From Macrostomum lignano (taxonomy: Eukaryota): 64,000 nucleotides of DNA. The position numbers were made by a program, and so were the translations under genes. Positions 1 through 13,700 of the stretch are shown piece after piece; position 1 is the stretch's first letter, and each line of letters begins with the position of its first letter. Under the pieces are notes generated by a model. That model had not been told where the DNA came from, searched no databases, and saw only the letters and a program-made list of their open reading frames with translations. The stretch covers positions 186,001 through 250,000 of the forward strand of contig NIVC01001149.1 in the NCBI GenBank assembly GCA_002269645.1, in the 5' to 3' direction.

Positions 1-714
1 TAGAGGGAATGGCGATGAGGAGGCCTCCCACACCCACTCAATTCGCGGTGCAGGAGGGTTTGGTAGTACAGGCTATAATTAAGTCTCAACTTGCTGTTGT
101 CTCCTTATTGTTTTTGCTCTCTTTTTCAATTATTGAAATGAAAATATACGCTTTTCCAATGTAAAAACTATATGAATACAGTCTTTTTCATAGAATCTTG
201 ATTTGTAACTCTACTAAAGGTAGTAGTGTAATCAGCTACATGTAGATTTTGAATAATTGACATATAAATAGGAATATGTATGTGCTTTGTAAAACTTGGG
301 TGTTGACTCATTTGGTAGTAGATGAGATTAGTAATTCTCACCTCTGTGTACATGTAGTATTGTACATGTAATTTTGGTGCGCGCGCGCTGGGGATGACAC
401 TGTAGATTAATGTAAGTGTACTATAGAATTGGGGATAGACAATTTGGGATATGGATTAATGTACATGGAATTAATGTACATATCCAATTTGAGATATTTA
501 GGGATTATTGAACATGGAATTAATGTACATATATGAGCACATGGATTATTACGACTACATATTGCCACATCACGCTTAGGATAGCGTTTTCGTATACTAC
601 TTACTTCATTTTCAGATAGTAGTATAATTTGCGTTTTTTGCGTCAAATCTGCCTAAAAATCAACACTTAACTGCACGATACGTAGTAGTCGTGATTCTGG
701 GTAGCAACAAGCTT

Positions 715-818
715 AGCCAATCAGAAAATTTGACGCTCATTTTAACAAATCGGCTCAGCCAATCAGAATCGACGTGTCCCATTATAACGAACTGCGGTCC
801 AGTTGGCGGCTATTTAAA
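715..818 (+). promoter_or_regulatory. Pol II promoter-like module: two CCAAT boxes plus a TATA-like motif
   Basis: AGCCAATCAGAA occurs at 715-726 and 757-768 (42 bp apart), followed by TATTTAAA at 811-818. No downstream gene could be identified, so it may belong to a decayed element. Confidence 0.3.
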
Positions 819-2599
819 CCGGTGTTTTTGCCCGCTCGGACGGCACCTCCCTTTCCGGGTGCTACCCCTGCAAACCTTTTATGCGACCGGGTGCCAACCT
901 GGCTCCACCGACCAGGAATTGACCGTCGTTTCTTGATCCCCGGATTGCGACTTCCCCCTATCATCATCAAGGACGAATCCCCCCGGTCATCAGCAGTGAA
1001 CATCAAAGTGAAGAGCATCACCTGCTAGCTATCAGCAAAGATTGTGACATCAGCATCATCCCGGGCCTACAGCTGCGAAGCACTAAGCCGATTCGGTCAC
1101 TGTGGATTACCTGGTCTCCGGCTGTTGAGTTTCTGATTGGTTGGGTGAGAGGCTACCTAGACTTGCTTGATTGGGTGATCCCTTTTCTGTCCCCTGTTGC
1201 AGTAGCTGAATTAGGCGCACACTTTTGCTCATTTTGTTCAGTAGTGCTGTTGCTGAGGCAGGAATCATTCAATAATACTGCTAGTAGTCTAAGACTCCAA
1301 TTCAGTCTGAAGTCTGAACTAAGGAGAAGGTTAAATCTAACAGATATTTTTATCGGTTTTATTTCTTTGTTCGCCGATGGCTCAGATGAGTAGCTAAGCT
1401 AGTAGGCGCCGGTCACAGTGGACCAATGGCAAGGCAGTTCTCAGTCGACCAATCTATCAAATCAGTGAGCAAAACTGCCAGAAGTGCAGAATCGGCGCCA
1501 GAGATGTACTTTGTGCACTCTAGGGTAGCCAAGCGGCTCGGGTAAATGAATCATGCGGTCTCTGAAGTTCGAGCTAGTCTATAATCAGCGCTATGAGAGG
1601 CTAGTTGGCGCGTTGAAGGCCAAAAGTACATATCTTCGTATTTAGCAATGTAATAGTACATGTAGCTACCCCATAGACTCGCCACCGCAAGAATCCCCTG
1701 CACAAGTCCCCTCTGTACCTGCATGGCCAATGCGATCTAGTCCCAGCAGTGTCCCTTATCATCGGCTATGACTTCGAGATTGACAGCAAAAAGACACTAG
1801 TTGGCAGGTAAGTGCAAAGCCCCTTCTAGTCGGAAGCCCGATTTCGAGAGTCCCGGTGTGGTGAGCCAGGGCGCACGGGCTGGTGGCAGCAAGTTAGTTG
1901 ATCTGCGGATTAGCTAATTTCTACTTTCAAAATTCTCCCTGCTCGTCTCTCGCTGTCCCTCTCTTAGCTATAGGACCTAGACTGCTCGCCACACGATCAA
2001 GCTACCATGGGGCTGACCATCTGACAGGAGTGGGGGGCCAGGTCTCTAATTGATTTATTTCTGAGACCTGAGGCCCGAAGGCTTCCCCACAAGGGGGCCG
2101 AAAGGTCGAAACCCATCAAGGGAAACAACGAACTTCGCATGCGCAGGTCTGTCAGAAAAGCCTAGTGTATCGCTGCACAAAAGAAAATGTAGAACTTTCT
2201 CACATTTCGTCGACGTGTGCTCGTCTTGATCTATACGATCCAATAATACTCGTAGATTGAGATACATTGCTATAGTGGGCATTAAAAGTTTATTTTATCT
2301 AACTTACGCGTTTACTGTGTACCTAAGTTGAAAAAACTGCGAAACTTTGTTTACTAAACAGGCTACTACACGTGCTAAGTTAATATATATAACTTGTGTT
2401 TAATTTAAGTTTAATTTGTGTTTAAATGCATCTGTTAAGTAAGTTAGTTTCTGTCTCATTGACTGTTATTTTAAGCTAACCATTTTGAATCTGCGTTTTT
2501 TGCATTAAATACATACAAGAAAGGACCAGCAGTTAACTTTTTCTGTTTCAACGAAAATTTGAGTTCAGTATGTATTTTTTTGTCTTCACGCTAATGGTT

Positions 2600-2750
2600 C
2601 TGCCAGACAGATGAGAGAAGAGAGAGATGAGAGAAGGGAGAAGATAAGAGGAAAGATAGGAGAAAGAGAGATAAAAGGAGAGAAGAGAGGAGATAAGAGG
2701 AGAGATGGGAGAAGAATGTAGAGGAGAGAAGAAAGAAGAGAGCTGAGCAG
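2600..2750 (+). repeat. GA-rich low-complexity tract
   Basis: Almost pure purine run (gagagaagagagagatgagagaaggg...). Confidence 0.7.
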
Positions 2751-3734
2751 AGACATACCTTGGGCGCGCCGCGCCGCGCCGCATTGCTATTGTGAAATTT
2801 TAATGGACCCCGAGGGCCGGATAGAGGCTGTAAAGCCTGCCGACCCCTGCTCTACTCGTAGGCCTAGACAGATTCTTCCATGGAGTTTAAATGGCAAATA
2901 TATTTTTGCTTTACCCCATGGCCAACCTGATCGCCAATCGGTTGATGGGTTTGAATCAATCAATAAGAATATCTTTCGATGCCTACCGCATTCATTTAAA
3001 TATGTCACATCCATCCAATTCGCGTCGCATTCCTTTAGACCCGCTGTTGATTTAAATGAACTGTAAATCGATGCAAACAAACAAATATAAAAAACCAAAT
3101 TACGATTAGAGCGACCGATCATTGCGCGCTGAATAAAAAGAATGACTGCACAAAATGCGGTTTTATTTTCACAGGGCCGTGAGACACAAGAGGCTGCGCG
3201 ATAACTATTTGCTGTTGCTGCTACTAATGTTAGTAGTAATATTACAAAATGATAACTAAACCATGTTTAAGTTAGCCGAATAAAACGCCGAGTGCACAGA
3301 AGAACTATAATATGAGATTATCAGCTAAACCCCATATGCAGACAGAAGATTGCAAACAGAAAAATGCTAAATTAATAATATATAATAACAGTAAGAATGA
3401 AATACGCATTGATAGCTACTATTAGTAGAGCGACGGGACAGAGCAGAACTATATTTGGGTTAACATAACAGAGAACAACACAAACAATGCACGCTATTAT
3501 TCATAATTATATTATAAAGTAGTTATAGACGCCCCCAGCTGCCAGACAGCGCTGCAGAGCCTGTTTTTTTCACCCTTAGTAATTAGCTGAATATGCATAG
3601 TAACAAATATAAAATTACAAGTACACTTACATATCATTTTGCAGTATTAGATTAAAATTTGAATTAAACAGCAAGAGCTTGCGAGGCAGAAATTTTACAA
3701 CTGCCAGCTCTCCTGCTGTCTATGAAAACTATCG

Positions 3735-5175
3735 GACATTATTTGAAACCCTCCGACATTATTTGAAACTCTCCGACATTCCTTGAAACTCCCCGACATT
3801 CCTTGAAACTCCCCGACATTCCTTGAAACTCTCCGACATTCCTTGAAACTCCCCGACATTCCTTGAAACTCCCCGACATTCCTTGAAACTCTCCGACATT
3901 CCTTGAAACTCTCCTACATTCCTTGAAACTCCCCGACATTATTTGAAACTCTCCTACATTCCTTGAAACTCCCCGACATTATTTGAAACTCTCCTACATT
4001 CCTTGAAACTCCCCGACATTATTTGAAACTCTCCTACATTCCTTGAAACTCCCCGACATTATTTGAAACTCTCCTACATTCCTTGAAACTCCCCGACATT
4101 ATTTGAAACTCTCCTACATTCCTTGAAACTCCCCGACATTATTTGAAACTCTCCTACATTCCTTGAAACTCCCCGACATTATTTGAAACTCTCCTACATT
4201 CCTTGAAACTCCCCGACATTATTTGAAACTCTCCGACATTCTTTAAAACTCCCCAACATTCTTTAAAACTCTCCGACATTCTTTAAAACTCCCCGACATT
4301 CTTTAAAACTCCCCGACATTCTTTAAAACTCTCCGACATTCTTTAAAACTCCCCGACATTCTTTAAAACTCCCCGACATTCTTTAAAACTCCCCGACATT
4401 CTTTAAAACTCCCCGACATTCTTTAAAACTCCCCGACATTCTTTAAAACTCTCCGACATTCTTTAAAACTCTCCGACATTCTTTAAAACTCTCCGACATT
4501 CTTTAAAACTCCCCGACATTCTTTAAAACTCTCCGACATTCTTTAAAACTCTCCGACATTCTTTAAAACTCCCCGACATTCTTTAAAACTCTCCGACATT
4601 CTTTAAAACTCCCCGACATTCTTTAAAACTCCCCGACATTCTTTAAAACTCCCCGACATTCTTTAAAACTCTCCGACATTCTTTAAAACTCTCCGACATT
4701 CTTTAAAACTCTCCGACATTCTTTAAAACTCCCCGACATTCTTTAAAACTCCCCGACATTCTTTAAAACTCCCCGACATTCTTTAAAACTCCCCGACATT
4801 CTTTAAAACTCTCCGACATTCTTTAAAACTCCCCGACATTCTTTAAAACTCCCCGACATTCTTTAAAACTCCCCGACATTCTTTAAAACTCTCCGACATT
4901 CTTTAAAACTCTCCGACATTCTTTAAAACTCTCCGAAATTCTTTAAAACTCTCCGACATTCTTTAAAACTCTCCGACATTCTTTAAAACTCTCCGACATT
5001 CTTTAAAACTCTCCGACATTCTTTAAAACTCTCCGACATTCTTTAAAACTCTCCGACATTCTTTAAAACTCCCCGACATTCTTTAAAACTCCCCGACATT
5101 CTTTAAAACTCTCCGACATTCTTTAAAACTCTCCGACATTCCTTGAAACTCTCCGACATCATTTGAAACTCTCCG
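3735..5175. repeat. 20-bp minisatellite array (ccgacattctttaaaactct and variants)
   Basis: About 70 head-to-tail units. A ccttgaaact variant block (~3780-4230) is followed by a ctttaaaact block (~4240-5130). Confidence 0.95.
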
Positions 5176-5337
5176 ACACTTTTTAAATTCCCTAACTGTA
5201 TTGGAAAGTCTCCGAAATTCATTGAAATAACTGGGAAACGGTGCGGTAACCAGTACACAGCTAATCCTAACCCCCAATCAAAAACCTATTAAGCAGTTTG
5301 CGGAAAGTCTCGCCGGCTCAACGCTATTCTCATCTCC

Positions 5338-7262
5338 TCAGGCCTTGCGCTTCTTGGCCGCGGGCTCGTCGCTGCCGTTGTTCCCGGCGGCGGCGACAGA
5401 CTTTGGCCGGCCTCGCCTGCCGGTGACCTCGTCGCCCATCTCCTTCTCGATGAGGGTGATCAGCGTGTTGCAACGGCGCTGCAGCTCCATGGCTGTGCGC
5501 GATTTTAGGAACCAATCAAACCTGAACTGCGGAGTCTGGCGGACGGCGTGGCGCAGCAGCTCGTAGGCGTTCTCGGTGTCCAGCCCCAGCTTGTGCAGGT
5601 AGCAGATGAGGAACCGGTCCTCCTCCTCTGTGAATGCCTTGCCCTGCGGGTGGGGTTTGGGTGATCGGGTTGGTTAAAGGGGAGGGGCTTTTGGCTGCAT
5701 AGGGGAGCTTTGTGCGTCTGCCTGTTTACACCTCTGCGCAGTGTGTAGCTTCTCAGTTTGGCTTGGCGTTTAAACTCAAGTTTGTTTGCCCGCCTGCCAT
5801 TCTGCTTGCTTGTGCGTTATAGTGTGTCTGTGTGTCTGTCTGTTTGTCTGTCTTCTTGTATCTGTGTGTCTGTCTGTCTGTCTGTCTGTCTTCTTGTATC
5901 TGTGTGTCTGTCTGTTTGTCTGTCTTCTTGTATCTGTGTGTCTGTCTGTCTGTCTGTCTGTCTTCTTGTATCTGTGTGTCTGTGTGTCTGTCTGTTTGTC
6001 TGTCTTCTTGTATCTGTGTGTCTGTCTGTCTGTCTGTCTGTCTTCTTGTATCTGTGCGTATGTCTGTCTGTCTGTCTGTCTTCTTGTATCTGTGTGTCTG
6101 TCTGTTTGTCTGTCTTCTTGTATCTGTGTGTCTGTCTGTCTGTCTGTCTGTCTTCTTGTATCTGTGTGTATGTCTGTCTGTCTGTCTGTCTTCTTGTATC
6201 TGTGTGTCTGTCTGTCTTCTTGTATCTCTGTGTCTGTCTGTCTGTCTGTCTGTCTTCTTGTATCTGTGTGTCTGTGTGTCTGTCTGCCTGTCTGTCTTCT
6301 TGTATCTGTGTGTCTGTGTGCCTGTCTGTCTTCTTGTATCTGTTTGTCTGTCTGCCTGTCTGTCTTCTTGTATCTGTGTGTCTGTGTGTCTGTCTGTTTG
6401 TCTGTCTTCTTGTATCTCTGTGTCTGTCTGTCTGTCTTCTTGTATCTGTGTGTATGTCTGTATGTCTGTCTTCTTGTATCTGTGTGTCTGTCTGTCTGTC
6501 TTCTTGTATCTGTGTGTCTGTCTGTCTTCTTGTATCTGTGTGTCTGTGTGTCTGTCTGCCTGTCTGTCTTCTTGTATCTGTGTGTCTGTCTGTCTTCTTG
6601 TATCTGTGTGTCTGTCTGTCTTCTTGTATCTGTGTGTCTGTCTGTCTTCTTGTATCTGTGTGTCTGTCTGTCTTCTTGTATCTGTGTGTCTGTGGGTCTG
6701 TCTGCCTGTCTGTCTTCTTGTATCTGTGTGTCTGTCTGTCTGTCTGTTTGTCTGTCTTCTTGTATCTGTGTGTCTGTCTGTCTGTCTTCTTGTATCTGTG
6801 TGTATGTCTGTATGTCTGTCTTCTTGTATCTGTGTGTCTGTCTGTCTGTCTTCTTGTATCTGTGTGTCTGTCTGTCTTCTTGTATCTGTGTGTCTGTCTG
6901 CCTGTCTGTCTTCTTGTATCTGTGTGTCTGTCTGTCTTCTTGTATCTGTGTGTCTGTCTGTCTTCTTGTATCTGTGTGTCTGTCTGTCTTCTTGTATCTG
7001 TGTGTCTGTCTGTCTTCTTGTATCTGTGTGTCTGTCTGTCTGTCTGTCTGTCTTCTTGTATCTGTGTGTCTGTCTGTCTGTCTGTCTGTCTTCTTGTATC
7101 TGTGTGTCTGTCTGTCTGTCTGTCTGTCTTCTTGTATCTGTGTGTCTGTCTGTCTGTCTGTCTTCTTGTATCTGTGTTTCTGTCTGTCTTCTTGTATCTG
7201 TGTGTCTGTCTGTCTGGTCTGTCTGTCTGTCGTGTGTGCGTCTGTCTGTCTGTCTGTCTGCC

Positions 7263-7301
<39 letters not shown>

Positions 7302-7378
7302 GTGCCTGTCTTCTTGTATCTCTGTGTCTGTCTGTCGTGTTTCTGTTCTGTCTGTCTGTCTGTCTGTCGTGTGTCTGT

Positions 7379-7437
<59 letters not shown>

Positions 7438-7584
7438 GTCTGTCTGTCTGTGTGCCTGTCTTCTTGTATCTCTGTGTCTGTCTGTCGTGTTTCTGTTCTG
7501 TCTGTCTGTCTGTCTGTGTGCCTGTCTTCTTGTATCTCTGTGTCTGTCTGTCGTGTGTCTGTTCTGTCTGTCTGTCTGTCTGCC

Positions 7585-7661
<77 letters not shown>

Positions 7662-7678
7662 GTCTGTCTGTCTGTCTA

Positions 7679-7712
<34 letters not shown>

Positions 7713-10700
7713 GTGTGTGTGTCTGTCTGTCTTCTTGTATCTGTGTGTGTGTCTGTATGCCTGTCGGTCTGTTGATCAGCTAAACCACCGCAACTTTACA
7801 CACACATCTACCCACCTTATTAGTTCCGTAGTGAATCTTGAGCTGGTGGAAAGGTGCCCGATAGCGGCCCATCTTGACGTCAAGCGAGCGCTTGATGGCC
7901 TGCCGGCGGGCCAGCTTGGCCTCGCCCCGCTGCATCTGGGCCAGAATTCGCTCATTGTCGGTGAGCTCGCCGTGCCGGCGCCAGAACACCTGGGCATATT
8001 CGCGCACCTCTTCGGGCGTTTTGCCTTCGATCTCTTGGCAGATTTTGTCAATCTGATCGCGACCGTGCTTCTCGTTGGCCTTGACGAACTGTTGGAAGTC
8101 GCGCCGGCTCCAGTTGGTGAAGCCCTGGCGGCAGTGGGATTGAGGATTGGCTGGCATTACATGGCAGGCGTGATGATGCCCTAAAGATCCAAGGGACCGA
8201 GTGAGACCCCTAAGACAGCGAGCGACGCAGGGGTCAGAAGACAAGGGACAGTGTCCCAGAGGACAGAAGAGGTCAACAGACACCTGGCTGGAGATTAGGA
8301 AGCCAAGAGATACTTATAAGGGTCAAGCTAAAGAGCCAGGGAAGGTCAACAGACACACCTGAAAACACAGAGACCCAGGGGAGATCAACAGACACCTCTG
8401 AAGACACATAGACTCATGGGTAGGTCAACAGACACCTCTGAAGACACAGAGACTCATGGGGAGGTCAACAGACACATCTGAAGACACAGAGACCCACGGG
8501 AGGTCAACAGACACCTCTGAAGACACAGGGACCCAGGGGAGGTCAACAGACACCTCTGAAGACACAGAGACCCACGGGAGGTCAACAGACATCTCTGAAG
8601 ACACAGAGCCAGGGGAGGTCAACAGACACCTCTGAAGACACAGAGACCCACTCGCAGGAACTCCAACCTGCCCATGAAAAATTACCTGCTCAAGCAGAGA
8701 CTCTTTCTCCTTCTGCTCAGCCTCAGTGAGCGGCTCGGCCTCATCAATCTTGGCCTGCTGCTCCTCCCGATCGGGTTCGCCCGGCGGCACTCGGTAGTTG
8801 ATGCTCTTGCTGTGAATGAAAATTGAGGATTGATGCGAACTTTTACTACGGGACAGTCATGGGACAGTCATGGGACACTCATAGGACATCATTTAACATA
8901 GGACAATCATAGGACAGTCATTAGACAGTCAGGGACAATTATGGGACACTCATAGGACACTCATAGGACAGTCATAGGAGAGTCATTAGACAGTCATTTA
9001 CAGTCATGGGACAGTCATAGGACAGTCATTAGACAGTCATTTAAAGTCATGGGACAGTCATAGGAGTCTTTAGAAAGTCATTTAAAGTCATGGGACAGTC
9101 ATAGGACAGTCACGTGACAATTATCGGACACTCATAGGACAGCCATAGGACAGTCACGTGACAATTATCGGACACTCATAGGACAGCCATAGGACAGTCA
9201 TTAGACAATCATTTAAAGTCATGGGACAGTCATAGGACAGTCATTTAAAGTCATGGGACAGTCATTTAAAGTCATGGGACAGTCATAGGACAGTCATTTA
9301 AAGTCATTAGACAGTCATTTAAAGTCACGGGACAGTCATTAGACAGTCATTTAAAGTCATTAGACAGTCATTTAAAGTCATTAGACAGTCATTTAAAGTC
9401 ATTAGACAGTCATTTAAAGTCATAGGACAGTCATTAGACAGTCATTTAAAGTCATAGGAGAGTCATTAGACAGTCATTTAATGTCATGGGACAGTCATAG
9501 GACAGTCATTAGACAGTCATTTAAAGTCATAGGAGAGTCATTAGACAGTCATTTAAAGTCATGGGACAGTCATAGGAGAGTCATTAGACAGTCATTTAAA
9601 GTCATGGAACAGTCATAGGAGTCATTAGACAGTCATTTAAAGTCATGGAACAATCATAGGAGTCATTAGACAGTCATTTAAAGTCATGGAACAGTCATAG
9701 GAGTCATTAGACAGTCATGGGACAGTCATAGGACAGTCATTTAAAGTCATGGGACAGTCATAGGACAGTCATTTAAAGTCATTAGACAGTCATTTAAAGT
9801 CACGGGACAGTCATTAGACAGTCATTTAAAGTCATTAGACAGTCATTTAAAGTCACGGGACAGTCATTAGACAGTCATTTAAAGTCATAGGACAGTCATT
9901 AGACAGTCATTTAAAGTCATGGGACAGTTATAGAACAGTCATTAGACAGTCATTTAAAGTCATAGGAGAGTCATTAGACAGTCATTTAAAGTCATGGGAC
10001 AGTCATAGGAGAGTCATTAGACAGTCATTTAAAGTCATGGGACAGTCATAGAACAGTCATTAGACAGTCATTTAAAGTCATAGGAGAGTCATTAGACAGT
10101 CATTTAAAGTCATGGGACAGTCATAGGAGAGTCATTAGACAGTCATTTAAAGTCATGGGACAGTCATAGGAGTCATTAGACAGTCATTTAAAGTCATGGA
10201 ACAGTCATAGGAGTCATTAGACAGTCATTTAAAGTCATGGGACAGTCATAGGACAGTCATTAGACGGTCATTTAAAGTCATGGAACAGTCATAGGACAGT
10301 CATTAGGCGGTCATTTAAAGTCATGGAACAGTCATAGGACAGTCATTAGGCGGTCATTTAAAGTCATGGGACAGTCATGGGACAGTCATAGGGCAGTCAT
10401 TAGACGGTCATTCAAAGTCATGGGACAGTCATAGGACAGTCATTAGACAGTCATTTAAAGTCACGGGACAGTCATAAGGACAGTCATGAGTCATAGGGCA
10501 GTCATGAGACAGTCATAGGACAGTCATGAGACAGTCATAGGACAGTCATGAGACAGTCATAGGACAGTCATGAGACAGTCATAGGACAGTCATGAGACAG
10601 TCATGAGAGTCATAGGACAGTCATGCGAGTCATGAGACAGTCATGGGACAGCCAGACACTCACCGAAATGCCAGCACCTCCTGTTCCAGCAGCTCAATAA

Positions 10701-13700
10701 GCCGGGAAGGAAAGAACTGGAAATCCTGCACAATGGGCTGCTTGGGCGGCCTGGGAGCCTTTGGCGCCTTGGGCTCGGCCTGGCGCAGAGCCTCCTTGAA
10801 GTAGGCGTCCACAGCGTAGTTGGCCTTGCGCTCTCGCTTGGGCGGCTCAATCCAGTTGGCGGCGATGTTGGCCTTGCGACCGCGGTAGTCCTCGCCTTCG
10901 AACATGTAGGTGCCGAACTGCTGATCAGCCTCGGTGTCCATGCTGAAGGTGCGCAGGCTGGACTCGCCCAGGTTGGCCAGCTGCTTGTTCAGCTCGTCCG
11001 TTTTCAACTGGCTGCGAGCCAGAATCTGGTCGATGTCCTCGTCGGTGATCTCGGAGTCCTTGGAGCGGAAGATGTGCTGAGCACCGTGGCGGATCATGGT
11101 GAGCACCTCGTCTTTGCCCAGCTGGTTGGCCTTCTGGTCCACCAGGCGGCCCTGCTGGATGACCAGGTTGTCTAAGCGCAGTTTCATTTCTGCGCGCCAG
11201 ATGATGCGCTCCTCGATGGTATGCTCCGTGACGAAGCGGAATACGCGCACCTGGGTGAGCAGAGATGGTCAGGTGAGTATGGAGAGTAGGGAGCAATTAT
11301 AATTTTACAGTTTAATTCATACCAATGAAGTATGAAAATGCGGATTTTCCCAGATCAGCCCAAGTCCCAATCTGATGAGGATGAGTTTACTTGCCTCGCA
11401 GGACAAAGACTACAAGCCTTATTGGCTGAGATAACTTGAGGTTCCCATCTCTTTTACGACTTTTACAGGTCAATCCGTATATAGATAAGCCGAGTCGGCA
11501 ACTTTTTTTACCTCAAGGGCTAGATAAAGAATCCAGCGAATGGTTGCCGGTGAGATGAGAGAGGGAAGAAGGAATAGAAGAGAGATTAGAGCAGACAGAA
11601 TTGAAACGTGACAGACGGGAGACAAGATGAGATATATGATAGAAGAGATGAGAAAGACGATATGAGAGATGAGAGAAGAGGAGAGAAAAGGTGAGATAGA
11701 TAAGAGGGGAGAGAGAAGAGGGAGAGGGAAAAGAGAAGAGAGAGGGCAGAGAGAAGAGGGAAAAGAGAAGAGAGGGCAGAGGGAAGAGGGAAAAGAGAAG
11801 AGAGAGGGCAGAGAGAAGAGGGAAAAGATAAGAGAGAGGGCAGAGAGAAGAGAGAAGAGGGAAAAGAGAAGAGAGAGGGCAGAGAGAAGAGGGAAAAGAG
11901 AAGAGAGGGCAGAGGGAAGAGGGAAAAGAGAAGAGAGAGGGCAGAGAGAAGAGGGAAAAGATAAGAGAGAGGGCAGAGAGAAGAGAGAAGAGGGAAAAGA
12001 GAAGAGAGAGGGCAGAGAGAAGAGGCAAAAGAGAAGAGAGAGGGCAGAGAGAAGAGAGAAGAGGGAAAAGAGAAGAGAGAGGGCAGAGGGAAGAGGGAAA
12101 AGAGAAGAGAGAGGGCAGAGGGAAGAGGGAAAAGAGAAGAGAGAGGGCAGAGGGAAGAGGGAAAAGAGAAGAGAGAGGGCAGAGGGAAGAGGGAAAAGAG
12201 AAGAGAGAGGGCAGAGAGAAGAGGGAAAAGATAAGAGAGAGGGCAGAGAGAAGAGAGAAGAGGGAAAAGAGAAGAGAGAGGGCAGAGAGAAGAGGCAAAA
12301 GAGAAGAGAGAGGGCAGAGAGAAGAGAGAAGAGGGAAAAGAGAAGAGAGAGGGCAGAGGGAAGAGGGAAAAGAGAAGAGAGAGGGCAGAGGGAAGAGGGA
12401 AAAGAGAAGAGAGAGGGCAGAGGGAAGAGGGAAAAGAGAAGAGAGAGGGCAGAGAGAAGAGGGAAAAGAGAAGAGAGAGGGCAGAGGGAAGAGGGAAAAG
12501 AGAAGAGAGAGGGCAGAGAGAAGAGGGAAAAGATAAGAGAGAGGGCAGAGAGAAGAGAGAAGAGGGAAAAGAGAAGAGAGAGGGCAGAGAGAAGAGGCAA
12601 AAGAGAAGAGAGAGGGCAGAGAGAAGAGAGAAGAGGGAAAAGAGAAGAGAGAGGGCAGAGGGAAGAGGGAAAAGAGAAGAGAGAGGGCAGAGGGAAGAGG
12701 GAAAAGAGAAGAGAGAGGGCAGAGGGAAGAGGGAAAAGAGAAGAGAGAGGGCAGAGAGAAGAGGGAAAAGATAAGAGAGAGGGCAGAGAGAAGAGAGAAG
12801 AGGGAAAAGAGAAGAGAGAGGGCAGAGAGAAGAGGGAAAAGATAAGAGAGAGGGCAGAGAGAAGAGAGAAGAGGGAAAAGATAAGAGAGAGGGCAGAGAG
12901 AAGAGAGAAGAGGGAAAAGAGAAGAGAGAGGGCAGAGGGAAGAGGGAAAAGAGAAGAGAGAGGGCAGAGAGAAGAGGGAAAAGAGAAGAGAGAGGGCAGA
13001 GGGAAGAGGGAAAAGAGAAGAGAGAGGGCAGAGGGAAGAGGGAAAAGAGAAGAGAGAGGGCAGAGGGATGAGGGAAAAGAGAAGAGAGAGGGCAGAGGGA
13101 TGAGGGAAAAGAGAAGAGAGAGGGCAGAGGGAAGAGGGAAAAGAGAAGAGAGAGGGCAGAGGGAAGAGGGAAAAGAGAAGAGAGAGGGCAGAGGGATGAG
13201 GGAAAAGAGAAGAGAGAGGGCAGAGGGATGAGGGAAAAGAGAAGAGAGAGGGCAGAGGGATGAGGGAAAAGAGAAGAGAGAGGGCAGAGGGAAGAGGGAA
13301 AAGAGAAGAGAGAGGGCAGAGGGAAGAGGGAAAAGAGAAGAGAGAGGGCAGAGAGAAGAGAGAAGAGGGAAAAGAGAAGAGAGAGGGCAGAGGGAAGAGG
13401 GAAAAGAGAAGAGAGGGCAGAGGGAAGAGGGAAAAGAGAAGAGAGGGCAGAGGGAAGAGGGAAAAGATAAAAGCGAGGGCAGAGGGAAGAGGGGAAAGAA
13501 GAGTTCCAAACGGACCTGATGGCCGGGGTTGGCCGATCCCAGAGACAGACAAGGCATAACAAAAACCCACCTGTTTCTTCTGTCCAATGCGGTGAGCCCG
13601 ATCCATGGCCTGCAGGTCCACCTGCGGATTCCAGTCGGAGTCGTACAGAATGACCACATCGGCGGTGGCCAAATTGATGCCGAGACCGCCAGCTCTGGTG

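Noticed and set aside
2787-3122. Overlapping short ORFs of 87-111 aa
   Set aside because: No recognisable motif, splice partners or coding-like bias.
5758-8184. Very long ORFs (647-808 aa) rich in CLSV
   Set aside because: They are stop-free translations of a TCTG microsatellite inside an ISWI intron, open in all three frames.
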